A stretch of DNA of 64,000 nucleotides from Caecitellus pseudoparvulus. Taxonomy: Eukaryota > Protista > Bigyra: Bicosoecida. A model generated the notes under the pieces. That model searched no databases, had not been told where the DNA came from, and was given only the letters and a program-made list of their open reading frames with translations. This document shows positions 11,901-23,600 of the stretch, one piece after another (position 1 is the stretch's first letter; each line of letters opens with the position of its first letter). Made by a program: the position numbers and the translations under genes. The stretch is taken from the NCBI GenBank assembly GCA_965644315.1, contig CBFFRQ010000054.1:372001-436000 (forward strand), written 5' to 3'.

Positions 11901-14900
11901 GTTGCGACCGCCACCAGGGTGGGTCATGGCCGCCATCCACCGCAAGTCCTCGCAGACCTTGAAGTCCCCACGCTTGTCCTTGTCGAGGAAGTACAGACCG
12001 GACGCTTCGATGACCTGTCTGACGATTTCGTTTGTTGGCTGGTCTCCCCACTCGTTGATCTCGGGCATGGAGATGTCGTCAATGAACACCGTCATCTTCC
12101 GCCCAGCTGGGGGGCCAAAGTTCTTCCCCCCGCGCTTGTCCAGACTGGACTCGATGGCGTCTTGGAACATGCGCATGGTTGTGGCAGACGAGAAGTTCAG
12201 CCGCTTTGACACCATTGCAGAGGAATCGAACCCAGCCATGAACATGAGTGCCGTGGAAGTCTTTGCCGTGCCAGAGCCACCCGTCATGAGCACGGGAGTG
12301 TTCATGCTGTTCATGGCTTGCAGCAGGAAGATGCTCCGAGTTGAGTCCATGGTGGGAACGAGGAGGTTCGAGAAGTCCAGCGGCTCGTCCACCGACGGGT
12401 AGTGCCAAGTGGGGGGAGCCCACGGCTCCCACTCCCACGACTCTTCGTTGAGCTGCATCTCAAAAATCGTTGCGTCACCAGTGACCTGAGGCACAAGGTG
12501 GGGGACCACCCCTTCCATGTACTTGTGGTACTTTACGCGGTCTTCTGGCTCAAGCACCCCGGCGATCGCCCACGAGACGCAGTACAGCAGGATGCGGCCG
12601 CACACAAGCTCTGCTGCGTCGCTGCTCATGGCAGGCAAGTGGTCCGCATTGCGGCTCAGCAGAAGCTCTAGCAGCCGCGTCATGGCCTTCACGCTGCCGA
12701 TGCGGGACAGCACCATCACGCGGTTTGTCTGACGAATGAGGAAGTCAAAGAGGTGCCCTGGCTCAGGCGGGGCACACACGCCGATGATGCGCTCAGCAAG
12801 CCTGTCCAACACCTCACGCTGTGACTCCTCCTGCAGACCAAGCCAGGCGTCCCACTTCGGCTTCCAGTCCAAGTCCTCTTCAGACACGTACACAATGCCG
12901 CACCGGGACACCGTCGCTGGCGAAGCGTTGCGCAGCGTCTCGTTCTCGAACATGATCTTGACGTTGTCAGTCATGGGGAAGCGGTCTCCGTTGGACAGTG
13001 TCAAGATGCGGTTGTCATCAAGCACAGTGTTCATGTCTTCGATCCAAATGGCATCTACAGGCCCATCCTCAATGATCCACGTGTTGTACGGTAGCTCAGC
13101 GTTGTTGAACTTCTCCCAGATGGAGGAGAAGACGCCCTTCACCCACTCCCCGCTCAGCGAGTCGTAGCTGCCGTACAACTCGTGTGCCAAAATAGCCTTA
13201 GGGTTCAGCTTGACAAGCTTGTAGGGTGTGCCTTGCCAGCGAGCTCGTGCAGCGGAGAGGCAATCGAAGATGGCGCTCTTCCCGCCACCGGTCGGCCCAG
13301 ACAGCATGATGCCATGTCGAACAAGGCATGTCTCGTGCAGCTGCACAACCTTCGTCACCCAAGCCGGGTGCATGCGCATGTTTGCCTCGGACACGACGGT
13401 TGTCAAGCTGTCCATGAGCTCAGGGAACTGCGCTTTCGCTGGTGCGTCGTACTGCGGGAACAGGTCTACAAGCATGCTCAGGAACAGCGGCACGTCTTGG
13501 GCAATGAGCTTTGAAAGGTTCATGTCACGCAGGGTGCGGTACAGCAAGATTTGTTCGTCAACATCCAAGTTTTGCCGCTTGGTGTTGCCCGCCGTCCGTA
13601 GCACGGACAGGATGTTGCGCAGGCCGAAGTCGTAGTGTCGCTGCTTGGACAGTTGCTCCTCGCACAGGCGGTAGCAGATGAAGAACTTTGTGCTCAGCAG
13701 GTCAGCATTCTGGTAGCCGACAGACACGAGCTTGACCTTGATGATGATCTGGCGGTCAGGGACCATCATGGCCACTCCCCGGAACAGCGCCTTCAGGTTC
13801 TCAGGTAGCTCCTGGCGCCCAGCGTAGCCTGGGTTCATGGTGATGAAGAAGCCGCACACGGGGTTCAGCGTCGTCTTGAACTCATCACCAGGAAAGAAGA
13901 ACTCCTTTACGCTGGCCTTCTTGGCGTTGTTCACAGCTTGCACTTGCTGGGCGACTACGGACAGCACTGGCAGTGCAATGCGGTTGAACTCGTCGAAGCA
14001 TCCCCACAGGCCCGCTTGGCAGAGCCCCTTAAAGATCTTTCCACAGTCAGTGTACCGCATTTGATCGCTGCAATTGGTGACGATGACGTAGATCCCCAGC
14101 GTTCGTCCCATGTCTTTCACCGTCTCGGTCTTTCCCGTGCCGGCCGGCCCCGCTGGGGCCCCGCCAAAGTACATGCCCAGCGCCTGCGCCAGGGTGATGT
14201 AGCAGCGGTCAGTGAGCGGCGTGATGACGAGCCGTTCCTTGACGCCCAGGTACTCATACTGGTACAGGAAGTTCACGTCCGTGACGGAGATGCGGCAGGC
14301 GCCGTCTTCGTCCACCTGGTCGCCTTGATCTGGGTGCCAGTAGAAGCGAGCCTGCTTCAGCCATTCAAAGTCATCGGAGGACCTGATCTTCCGAGCCTTC
14401 CACAGTGCCGCCATGTCCCGTGATACATCTGACTGGTGCACTTGGATGGTGACGAGCGTTTCGATCTTGATGCGGTTCATCTTTGAGCCGAGGTCTTGCA
14501 GGCACCACGTTCCCATGGTGCGCTGCACTTCCAGCGCCTTTCGTTTTGCGAGGTCCACGGCGCCTTTCCGGCTGCGCCCTTGGGACAGCGCCAGCTCAGT
14601 GTCAGCTGTCCACATGAGCTGGATGCCGAGCAGGGCGTACTGCCCGCATTGCCGGTCGACGAAGCCCCGCAGCTTGTCCAAGTCGTCGCCCACCGCTGCG
14701 ATTTCAGCGGCACACTCGGCACAGTACCACTTCATCGTCGCTTGGTGCTCCTTCAAGAGAGCCATGAGCCAGTCCTCAATGTTCCCGACGCACTTTACTG
14801 GCTTGCGCAGCTCTATGGACTCGGTGCCGCCCTTCAAGAAAGAGTGCATGCCCACGATCATGTCCTTGTCCTTATTGTCGTGCTCGACGCGCCCGATGGA

Positions 14901-17900
14901 GTCGAAGACGTTCTGGTAGTACTGCTGGATGGCTTGGGGGTCTGAGCCTTTCGACAGGATTTGCAGGAGGACGGGGCCCGAGCAGAAGAAGAAACGAGGG
15001 AACTTGTTGCGCTTCTGCTCCAAGTAGCCATCCAGGTGCTTCTGGCAGTTCTCCAGTGCGTCGTACATGCCAGGCAGCGAGGACTTGAGGACTTCGTTTG
15101 CGCAGCATGTCACTGCGACCTTCGTCTTGGAAGCGGCAGACATGATGTTCAAAAAGGCCTTGTCGGTCTTCTGGAAGCGCTTGGCGACGGCTGGCATCTG
15201 CTTCGCGATGTCACCACCCAAGAACACCACCTCCAGCGAGGACCACTGCAGCTGGACTTTCAGCCACAGCTCCAGCGTTTCGCTGGTGTCGCTGAGCTCC
15301 TTCAGCAGCAACTGAGTTGGCTCCTTGAAGGGGGTGATGTACCGGGAAGTCAGGTATTGCTGCAGCGCCATTTGGTCCTCCTCAAGCTCCTCCACGATGA
15401 CAGGCACGGCGGTCATGGTTTGAACACTTGGACGAGAGGCGTACTCTTGGAAGGCAATCTCGCGTGTCGTCCATTTGGCCTGCACGACGGCAATCTTCTC
15501 CTCCAGGTCCGCCTCTTTCACCGCGCCAATGCACACCTCCTCGACTTCCTCGAAGTGGGGGACGAGAGACTGCTTCATCAAGTCTGCCAGCTTGAACTCT
15601 GGGTCGTCCACAGTCAGCTCACCTTCACAGGAGCAGATGGACTCCAGCGCCGCCCAGTGCCGCGCGATGACACACTCTTGGGCGAGCTGCGTCAGCAGTG
15701 GCAGCACAAGTTGAAAGTCTTCGATCTTGGTCTTCAATTCAAGGTATGCCTGCCAAGACCGCAGGCGCTTCGGCATCTTCTTGCACCTGCTTGCGAACGA
15801 CTCCATGTCTGCAATCATCGTGTCCACGTTGTCCTTCACGTCCGCCCACAGGATCGTGCGGTACTCGTCCATTTGGTTCATGACGTCTTTGTACAAGCCG
15901 TACAGCTTGCCAAGCAAGGCAAGCTCCTTCTTCGTCTCATCAAGCTCGGGAAAGGGTGTGATGGGGAGTGCAAAGAGGTCCTCCCCGCCATTGTACAGCT
16001 GCCGCTTGCGCTCCATGATCTCGAACTTGTCCTCGAAGCGCCGCAGGCGGTCCATGGCCTCCAGCGGGGACACGCCTTCCACCATGGGCCCTCGCTCGAT
16101 ATACTCAGCTCGGAACTCCGTGACTTTCTCGGTGAACACCTTCAAGTCAATGAGCAGTTGGCGCCTGAAGTCCCTTTGCACTTGTGCGATGGAGGTGGTC
16201 ACTTCGGCAGCCTTGTCCACGACACGCTTCCACGATGCCCACACGACGCTCTTGGCGTCTCGCTCCTCTTGGGACAGCTGAATGTCATGGAGCTCCAGCA
16301 GCTTGTACATTTCCATGATTGGATCAATCTGCGCGTGGATACTCGCTTGCCTGGTGCGCACTTCCTGCAGCACCTCCATGGTGTACCGGAGGCTAGTGAG
16401 GCCTGACACTTCCCGCTCCAGCTGGGTCAACGTGGTCTTTGTGTACTCCATGATGTCGTCAAGCATGCCCTTGGCTTGCTTGTGCAGGTTGGCGGAGTAC
16501 CTCTGCTTCCATGCGGCGACTTCCTCCCCCAGCTGGGCCTTCAACGTCTCCGTGCGCAAGGACAGGGCGCCGATGTTGTACATGGAGAAGATGCGGTCCA
16601 CCCCCCCCTGCACAAGGGCGAACTTCCCCAGCTCCCGGGCGTAGTCATGCATGGAAGGGTCCTTCGCCAGAAACTCTGCGTACGCTTCGTCGGCGTTCTT
16701 CTTCCACAACCACTCGAAGGCTCCGAAGTCCTCCAGGTATCGCTGCACTTGGTACCGCGCTCCCTGGAAGCTGCCTGTCAACAACAGCACGGTGCGCACG
16801 ACAGACATGTCGGATGTCAGGCGTTCAAACATGGTGGGCCACACAGCTGCCGCTTCGCAGCCCCATAGTGGCAGCAGCTTGAAGGCATTCAGGACACCCC
16901 GCGCACAGTCATTGATGACTTCCTGCACAGCCTCCACACTGGGCTCCAGGCAGACGTGCGGGATGGCGAGGTGCACCTTCACCTCGAAGAATGGCCGCTT
17001 AGCCATGAGGTAGGTCGATTCATAGCGGTGAAGCAGTCGCTCCTTGAGGGTGTTCAGTGACTTCTTCACACAGCCAAGCATGGCCGCGTACATGAACGTG
17101 CTGTAGTGCTGTCGCAAGGCGCTGAACTCTGCGGGGCTCGCAAGCTGAATGGAGCCGTCCAGCTGGTACCCTTCGATAAGTTGGACCAGATCGTGGACGG
17201 CGGTCTCCACTGTGCGGTTGATGTCCACCAGTATGGCGGCGTGGGTCTCAACGTGCGCCGCCTGGATGGAGCTGAACTCTTCCAGTGGAAGCGTGCCCGA
17301 GTCTGGGAGCTTCACCAAGCTCATGTGGGCAACCTTCTTGACGTTCGACTCAATGCGATTCTCGACAATGTCGTTGACGCTTGTCACGAGACCCCGCAGG
17401 CGCGCTAAGCCGCTCTGCACGTGGGCTCTGAACGCGTCAATGTTCATCGCGTTCCAGGTCATGGAGAAGAGCGCCGGGCGAAGGCGGTGCTCCATGTCAT
17501 GCACGGCGGGCAGCATGACCAGCTGCAGGGCGTGGATGATCCGGCCTTTGGCAGCTGAGAAGTCACCCAGCATTTCGTGCAGAATTTGGTAGTACGCCTT
17601 GTACTTGTGCTCCTGGAGCACCACTGCCTTCGCCGCGCGAGGCACTGCAATTCCCATGCGCGCCATGCACTTGCTCTCCCTGATGAGCTGCAGCACTTCC
17701 TTGTCAAAGTTGACGTACAGCTTGCCATCTTTCGGGTGCCGAATCAGGAGCACAGCCTCCAGGCCTGCCATGGCCTTGTCAATGCTGTCCACCCAGGCTT
17801 GGTACCACAGGTACTCGAAGGCGACGAGGGTCCTGGCAACGCGGTTGTACAGCTTGACAATCTTTCGCCCCACCTTAGTAGCTAGCATTTCTCCGTGGTT

Positions 17901-19874
17901 CTTGAACGACTCCATAGGGCGCTGGATCCGTGCGAACAGGTGGCGTGCCCACATGATGTTCCCAGCAACTGGCGGCATGTTGCGCGCGCGGGGGGGGTTG
18001 TGCTTGCTTCCTTCGTAAATGTCCTGCACTCGCTCCAGTTCTGCGCCATAGGTGTGGAAAATCCGAGTGAGTTGAGCACGCAGGTCGGCCGCCAGAATGG
18101 GCCGGTGCAGGATGCGGCACAGCTTGGAGTGCAGTTCCAGTGCCGCATCCACGCTGCGGATTCCAGAGAACGACTCTTGAACAAAGGTCAGCATGCTGGC
18201 CTCCAGTTCGTTGATGTGCACGTTGAACTCGACAAAGTCCCTGTCGAAGCCTTGGTCGTACACGGCGAAGAAGTTGTGCCGCTTGGCTTGCATCTCCATG
18301 CACACGCGCTTGTACCTGACCTGCACCCCCTCTGTGCCTTCCAGGCCGTGCCCCAGCAGGGAGTCGAAGTCAGAGATGGTTCCAAAAAGCGCATGGAGCT
18401 TGGTAAGGCGCCGAGAGAACATGTGTGCGTGCGCGAACAGTTGGCTGGCTGGCAAGTCTGCCCACGCGCCTTCCCCACGCGATGCGTACTCGCCTGCTGT
18501 TGACTCGTACGCTGCCTCGATCATGTCGATGGACGAGAGACAGGCAGTGACTCGTTCAACAAGTAGTGCAGCATCCTTCTTCCACAGGCGCTTGCCGGTG
18601 TCCTCAGCCTGCAGGGCTTCGACGTGCTCCTGGCAAGCTTGGCAGGCCTGCCTGACGACGCTGCCCAGCAGCTGCCCGACTTGCGCGGGGTCCCGGAAGT
18701 GCCTGGAGGCAACTTGCACGGTGTGCACTGCGTGAAGAAGAGCAGGGAAGCCCTCAACAACAGTCTGGGGGTCGGCAGAGTACAGCGCGCCCAGGAACGG
18801 CTCCACGGAGCTTAGGTACCGGAAAGTGTCCCGTGCAATGTTCAGGCCCTCTGTGAGCTGCAGGTCCAGCTCCCTCCACGCCTTCACAACCGAAACCACC
18901 TCTGGTGTGTTGTGTGCTCCACCGAGGCCCTTTGCGATGGCATTCATGGCCCCAGACACTGTGCGCGCTTTCGACGTGCGCAGCTGCTCCACGACGCTGG
19001 ACAGTTGGATGACCCGGACGTGCCACCATTCCAGGATGGCCTGCGGGTGCTCAGCGTGGGAGTCAGGAACAACATCATGGTGCAGGAGGTTTTTGACTGT
19101 TGCTGTCCAGGCCTTGAGGGTGTTTGTGTACGCAGTGGCTTGCAGTCGGGACACGGGGGCTTGCTGGCCTCGGCCGACGGACAGGCGCTCGAGCAGGTCG
19201 AGAGGAATGAACTCATCGCCGGGCATTTGCAAGGAGACGATGTGCGCGGTATTCAGCGCGACGTCTTTCATTGCTTGCGAGAATTGAGCGATGCTGCTCT
19301 CAGCATCTGCGGCCACGGCAGCACTCGCCTTGCCCCAGTCAGCTTTGCTCGCAATGGCGTCGTGGAACAGCACGTCCATTTGTGCCTCCAAGCTGACAAG
19401 TGGTGCTTCCATCATCTCTCCGATCAGGAGAGTGTGGTCATTGTCCTGCTCCCGACGCGGTGGGTGGGTTGGCCCGTGCAACGGCTCCAGGCATGAACGC
19501 CACTCACCTTGTCTGCATCAACTGCTTTTGAGCCCGGAGTGTTGCGCATGAAGTACATGACCTTGCCCCCGGCGATGGCATCCCCGCTCGCCACGAAGCG
19601 CAGTGCTGAAGGGTCCTCCGTCGGGTCCTGTACTCTCCGAGGGCGTGGGCCGCGGACAGTGAAGGCCAGGCGGCAGTGACTTCGGGCGCAGCCCGATGCA
19701 AGGTCGCACCTTTTCGCCAGCACTCAGGAGTAGGCATGCACGGCCTGTCCCACCAAGCAGGGCATCTAACTCGGCGACATGCTTCTTGCAAATGTCCTTT
19801 GCAGCTTCCTGGGAGATTTCGTACGCCTCAGCAATGCGGGAGGCACAGTGCAGGTGCCTGGCCCGAAGAGCCAT
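5985..19874 (-). CDS. Axonemal outer-arm dynein heavy chain, gamma type (DNAH5/DNAH8/ODA2-like); two short 5' introns then one ~13.5 kb exon
   Basis: 4498-aa ORF with P-loops GPAGTGKT, GPTGGGKS, GGSGTAKT, GVGGSGKQS, plus WGCFDEFNRI, HYDFGLRN and the C-terminal WVLRGVALL. Upstream exons MALRARHLHCASRIAEAY...AGEK | DPTEDPSALRF...DADK | DNDHTLLIGE are joined by GT-AG introns. Confidence 0.95.
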
Positions 19875-20672
19875 TCTGCGTTGCTGCAGCGCAACGCCGG
19901 CGCTGGCAAGGCTGGCGCGGACACGAGGCAGACACGTAAGATGGAAAGCAATGCATAAATGTTTCGTTTAGGCGCCATAGCCTGGCGTGCTGCTTATCCA
20001 TGGAAAGTGTGCGGCCCCTGCTGTTGTTTGCAGGGCGGGACGGACGTTGGCTGCCTCGGCAGCGTGCAAGCCACACTGAGAGGCCCCGCTGCATGAGGTG
20101 TGTCGAATCAAGGGATGCCCGGCTTCTCACAGCACCTGCAGCTGCCGTCACTTGCCGCCTCTGCGTCTCCCACGCAAAGGCTATCACAAAGGCCGGCTTG
20201 CTTGTGCATGCGAGCGACGCCAGGCGATGTGCTTCAATGCTCCCCATTTCGCACAAACAAGGAAACACACAGTGCTGCGCAGGCGCATGCAGCATGCCAG
20301 CTCGGCGCGCATGGGTTTCCTGCCCCGGGCCAACGCCTCGCGCAGCGGCACAGCCAGCTCCAGGCACACCAGCGCCAACTGACGGCATCGCTGGGGCTGC
20401 AGCGTGCCCACACGCGGCTTGGGAGTGAACAGCAGGGCGATTCTCGGTACGTGATTGAATTTGAAGACTTCCCGCACTGTTGCCATGCGGCATGCTGCAT
20501 GCGTTGGGAAGAGGTGCCTGGCTGAAGGCAACGGAATTTCAAAGGCTGCAGCTGGTGCAGTGCCGCTGGGCGGGAGTGCACCGCCCACCTGCCTCAGCCA
20601 GTCGTGAGCGAGGCAGCGGAAAACGAAGACACTGCTTGCTGCTCCTTGCACAGGTGCTTCTGTGCGGCATGA

Positions 20673-23600
20673 GTGCGCACTCGATCACTGCCGCCAACGT
20701 GCCAGCTGCTGTCAAGTACGTGCCTGCCCGCCGCCTCAGCCGTCGTCGCCCGCCTCGCACCTGCCTGCCGTCGCCCCCGGTGCAGGGTTTTGGAGAGTGC
20801 AGTTGCAGAGGCCCAGGGACGCGTGACGCCAGCTGTGGGCAAGCATGACCACCACCCACGAGGAGCCGACGCGTCGCTGCCGCCGGCAGCGCCTCCCATG
20901 CAGCCCCCCATGCCGCCCCTGTCCATGTGCCTGCACCCCCTGCTCAAGGCGGCGCAGGAGGTGCGCGCGCGGGTGAGGCAGAAGAGCGAGGCCATGCGGG
21001 CTCTGCAGCAGCTGCGTAACAGCAGCGGCATGCAGGCCGTGGGGGCCGCGCTGCCGGAGCCGGTGCGGCGGAAGTGCCACTGGGACTACGTCCTGGAGGA
21101 AGGCCAGTGGCTGGCCACAGACATGCACCAGGAGCACAGGTGGCACCTGCTGGCACTGAGGCAGGTGGCTGCCGCCGCTGCTGCCGCGGCACGGCGTCGG
21201 CAGGCGCGCCTGGGCGCCAAGAAGGCCAAGGTGGCGGCTGCGGCCGCCTCCTGCAAGCCAGCACCCCTGTGGGCCTTCCCGCACCTACCCGCACCGCCCA
21301 TGACCCCAGGGACGCCGACGACGGCGCAGCCGTGGCAGTGGCAGTACCTGCCCCTCGCCGGCTTGTGCCGTGAGGCCAACGTCGTGTCACAGGTGCTGCT
21401 GGGGCCGGACAAGTACCCCCACCTGCCGCCCTCCACGCAGGAGGCGCCCCGCCTCCCGCAGCAAGTGGCCCCCCTGCGCTTCCCCGGCCAGGAGGCGCAC
21501 GCCCAGTCCGCTGCTGCCACGTCCATGCTGCGCGCAGCCATGGCGTCGGTGGCCAAGTTCGTGCTGCCGCCCCCCCTGCGGGCTGCCCTGCGCCCGTACC
21601 AGCGGGTGGGCCTGCAGTGGCTCCTGGCCCACGCAGCACGGGGATGTGGCGCTGTGCTGGGGGATGAGCGAGGGCTGGGCAAGCGCGCAGTGGCTGTGGC
21701 GGCCATCGGGTGCATGGTGGTGGGCATGGCCACCCCGTCGTGCCTGCCGCCCTGCCTCGTGCCGCCGCCGCCACCCCGCGTCAAGGCCAAGGCCCAGCAC
21801 GCCCTGCCAGTGCTGGTGTTGGTGCCAGACACCCTCGTCCCACACTGGCGTGCCGAGTTCCGTCGGTGGTGGCCTGCCCTGCGCGTGGGCTTGACTTCGC
21901 CGCCGCCCCGCTCCGGCGTGGATGTGCAGTTGCTGGCGGTGAGTGAGGCGGAGGCGGCGCTGCGTGAGGCCGGCAAGAAGGCAGCCTCTCCCTGGAGCAT
22001 GGTGGTGGTGGACGCGACGGTGGGTGTGCCAACCGCTGCCTCGACAGCACTGCTGCACGTGGGCAGCGGGGAAGAGACACCCCTAGAGCCGTCACCAGCC
22101 ACCGCACACGGGGACGGGCAGGAGCTGCCTTGGGAAGCGCTGGCCAAGCTGCCCACGTGCCACCGTCTCCTGGTGACGAACCGCCTGCTGCCGACAGAGG
22201 CGCCTCTCGTGCATCAGGTGGCTGCCTTCGTCTGCCCGCGCTCCTTCGCTGAGCACAGCCAGACGCCCCCTGAGGCTGTGCTGGAAGCCATGGCCGAGTC
22301 TGGTGTCAAGGCTAGTGCGCCCAGAGTGGCTGACGAGGGCGACGCGCCCGCGCCAGCCACGCCTGAGGCTCCCACAGAGCCTGTGGACTTGACGGGCGAC
22401 GGCGCTGCAGTGCGGGATGCACTGCTGTGTTTCTTCCTGCGCCGTCAGGTGCAGGATGAGGCCATTCCGCCCCAGCTGCCGACACTGTGGTGCCGCACGC
22501 TGCTGCTGCAGCCCACGCCCGCGCAGCGCCGCGTGTACGCCTCCTTGTGTGACGTGCAGGCCGTGTCCACCGACGTGCACGCTGCCTGTGGGTTGGACCC
22601 AGACATGTCCCCGCTGCTGCGCCGCATGGCCCTGCTGCACGCCGCGGCACAGCACGCCGCAGGGCCCTCATGCCTGGCAGAGGGCGCCTCCTCCTCCCTG
22701 TGGGCCGCCCTGGACCCCACCTGCCGCCCACAGGGCCGGCACACCCCCCTGCACGGCACAGCACAGCCCCTGGCCACGTGTGCTGCGACTGCCTTGGTCG
22801 CTGCGCACCGGCCCTCCCGTTGGCTGCTGCGCCAGGGAGAGGGCGGGCTGGGCCTCCTGCAGGGCCGCAGGGCGGTGGACTTCGTGGACGGCGGCGCCGC
22901 TGGGCAAGCCTGGGGGGGGTGGGGCCTCGCAGCGGTGCTGGCTGCGCCGTGGGGTGAGCCGGCCCCCGACAACCTCGCCTTCACCAGCGAGGCCAGTGGC
23001 CGCGGCAGGGGCCGCAGCCGGCAGTCTCCTCTGCCACCTGCCGAGCCGGGTTCGGCCGCTCGTGCTGTGAACGTGCACCGACTGGCAGTGGGGCAGGGAG
23101 GGGGCGCCTTGCGGTGGGCTGCGCAGCACTCCCTGCCCCTCGCCACGCCGCTGCGCCTGACCCTGCACCGCTGCCACACCCGCGGTGTGCTGCCGTTGAC
23201 TGCCACTGCGTCGGAGCGGGCAGTGGATGTGGCTGGCGTGCTGGGTGTGTTGGGGCGCGGTGGGCTGTGGGGGTGGAGCGCCCCGGCCACCAGCGTGGAG
23301 GTGCAGGTGCAGACACGGCAGGTGCAGTGCCTGCCCGCTGTGCCCGCGCCTCTGGCGTGCGGACCCCTCGCAGGGCACACGGTGCAGTGGGACTTGCTGC
23401 CCCACGCCGTGCCCACTGCGTGGGTCCCTGGCAAGGGCAAGGCTGCCCCGCCCACGGCTGACACCATCACGTCGCCACGCGGCACGGTGTCGCCCTCCCC
23501 CAGCCCTGCCTTGCGCCCGCCGTCTTCCCTGGCCACCTGGACGGCAGGCAGCGCCAAGTTCCGAGTCCTGCACCAGCTGCTGCACGAAGCGGTGTCCCTC

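Noticed and set aside
20000-20660. Separate small gene between dynein and the EP400-like gene
   Set aside because: No recognisable product; splice-like signals suggest upstream exons/UTR of the EP400-like gene, which cannot be resolved without transcripts.
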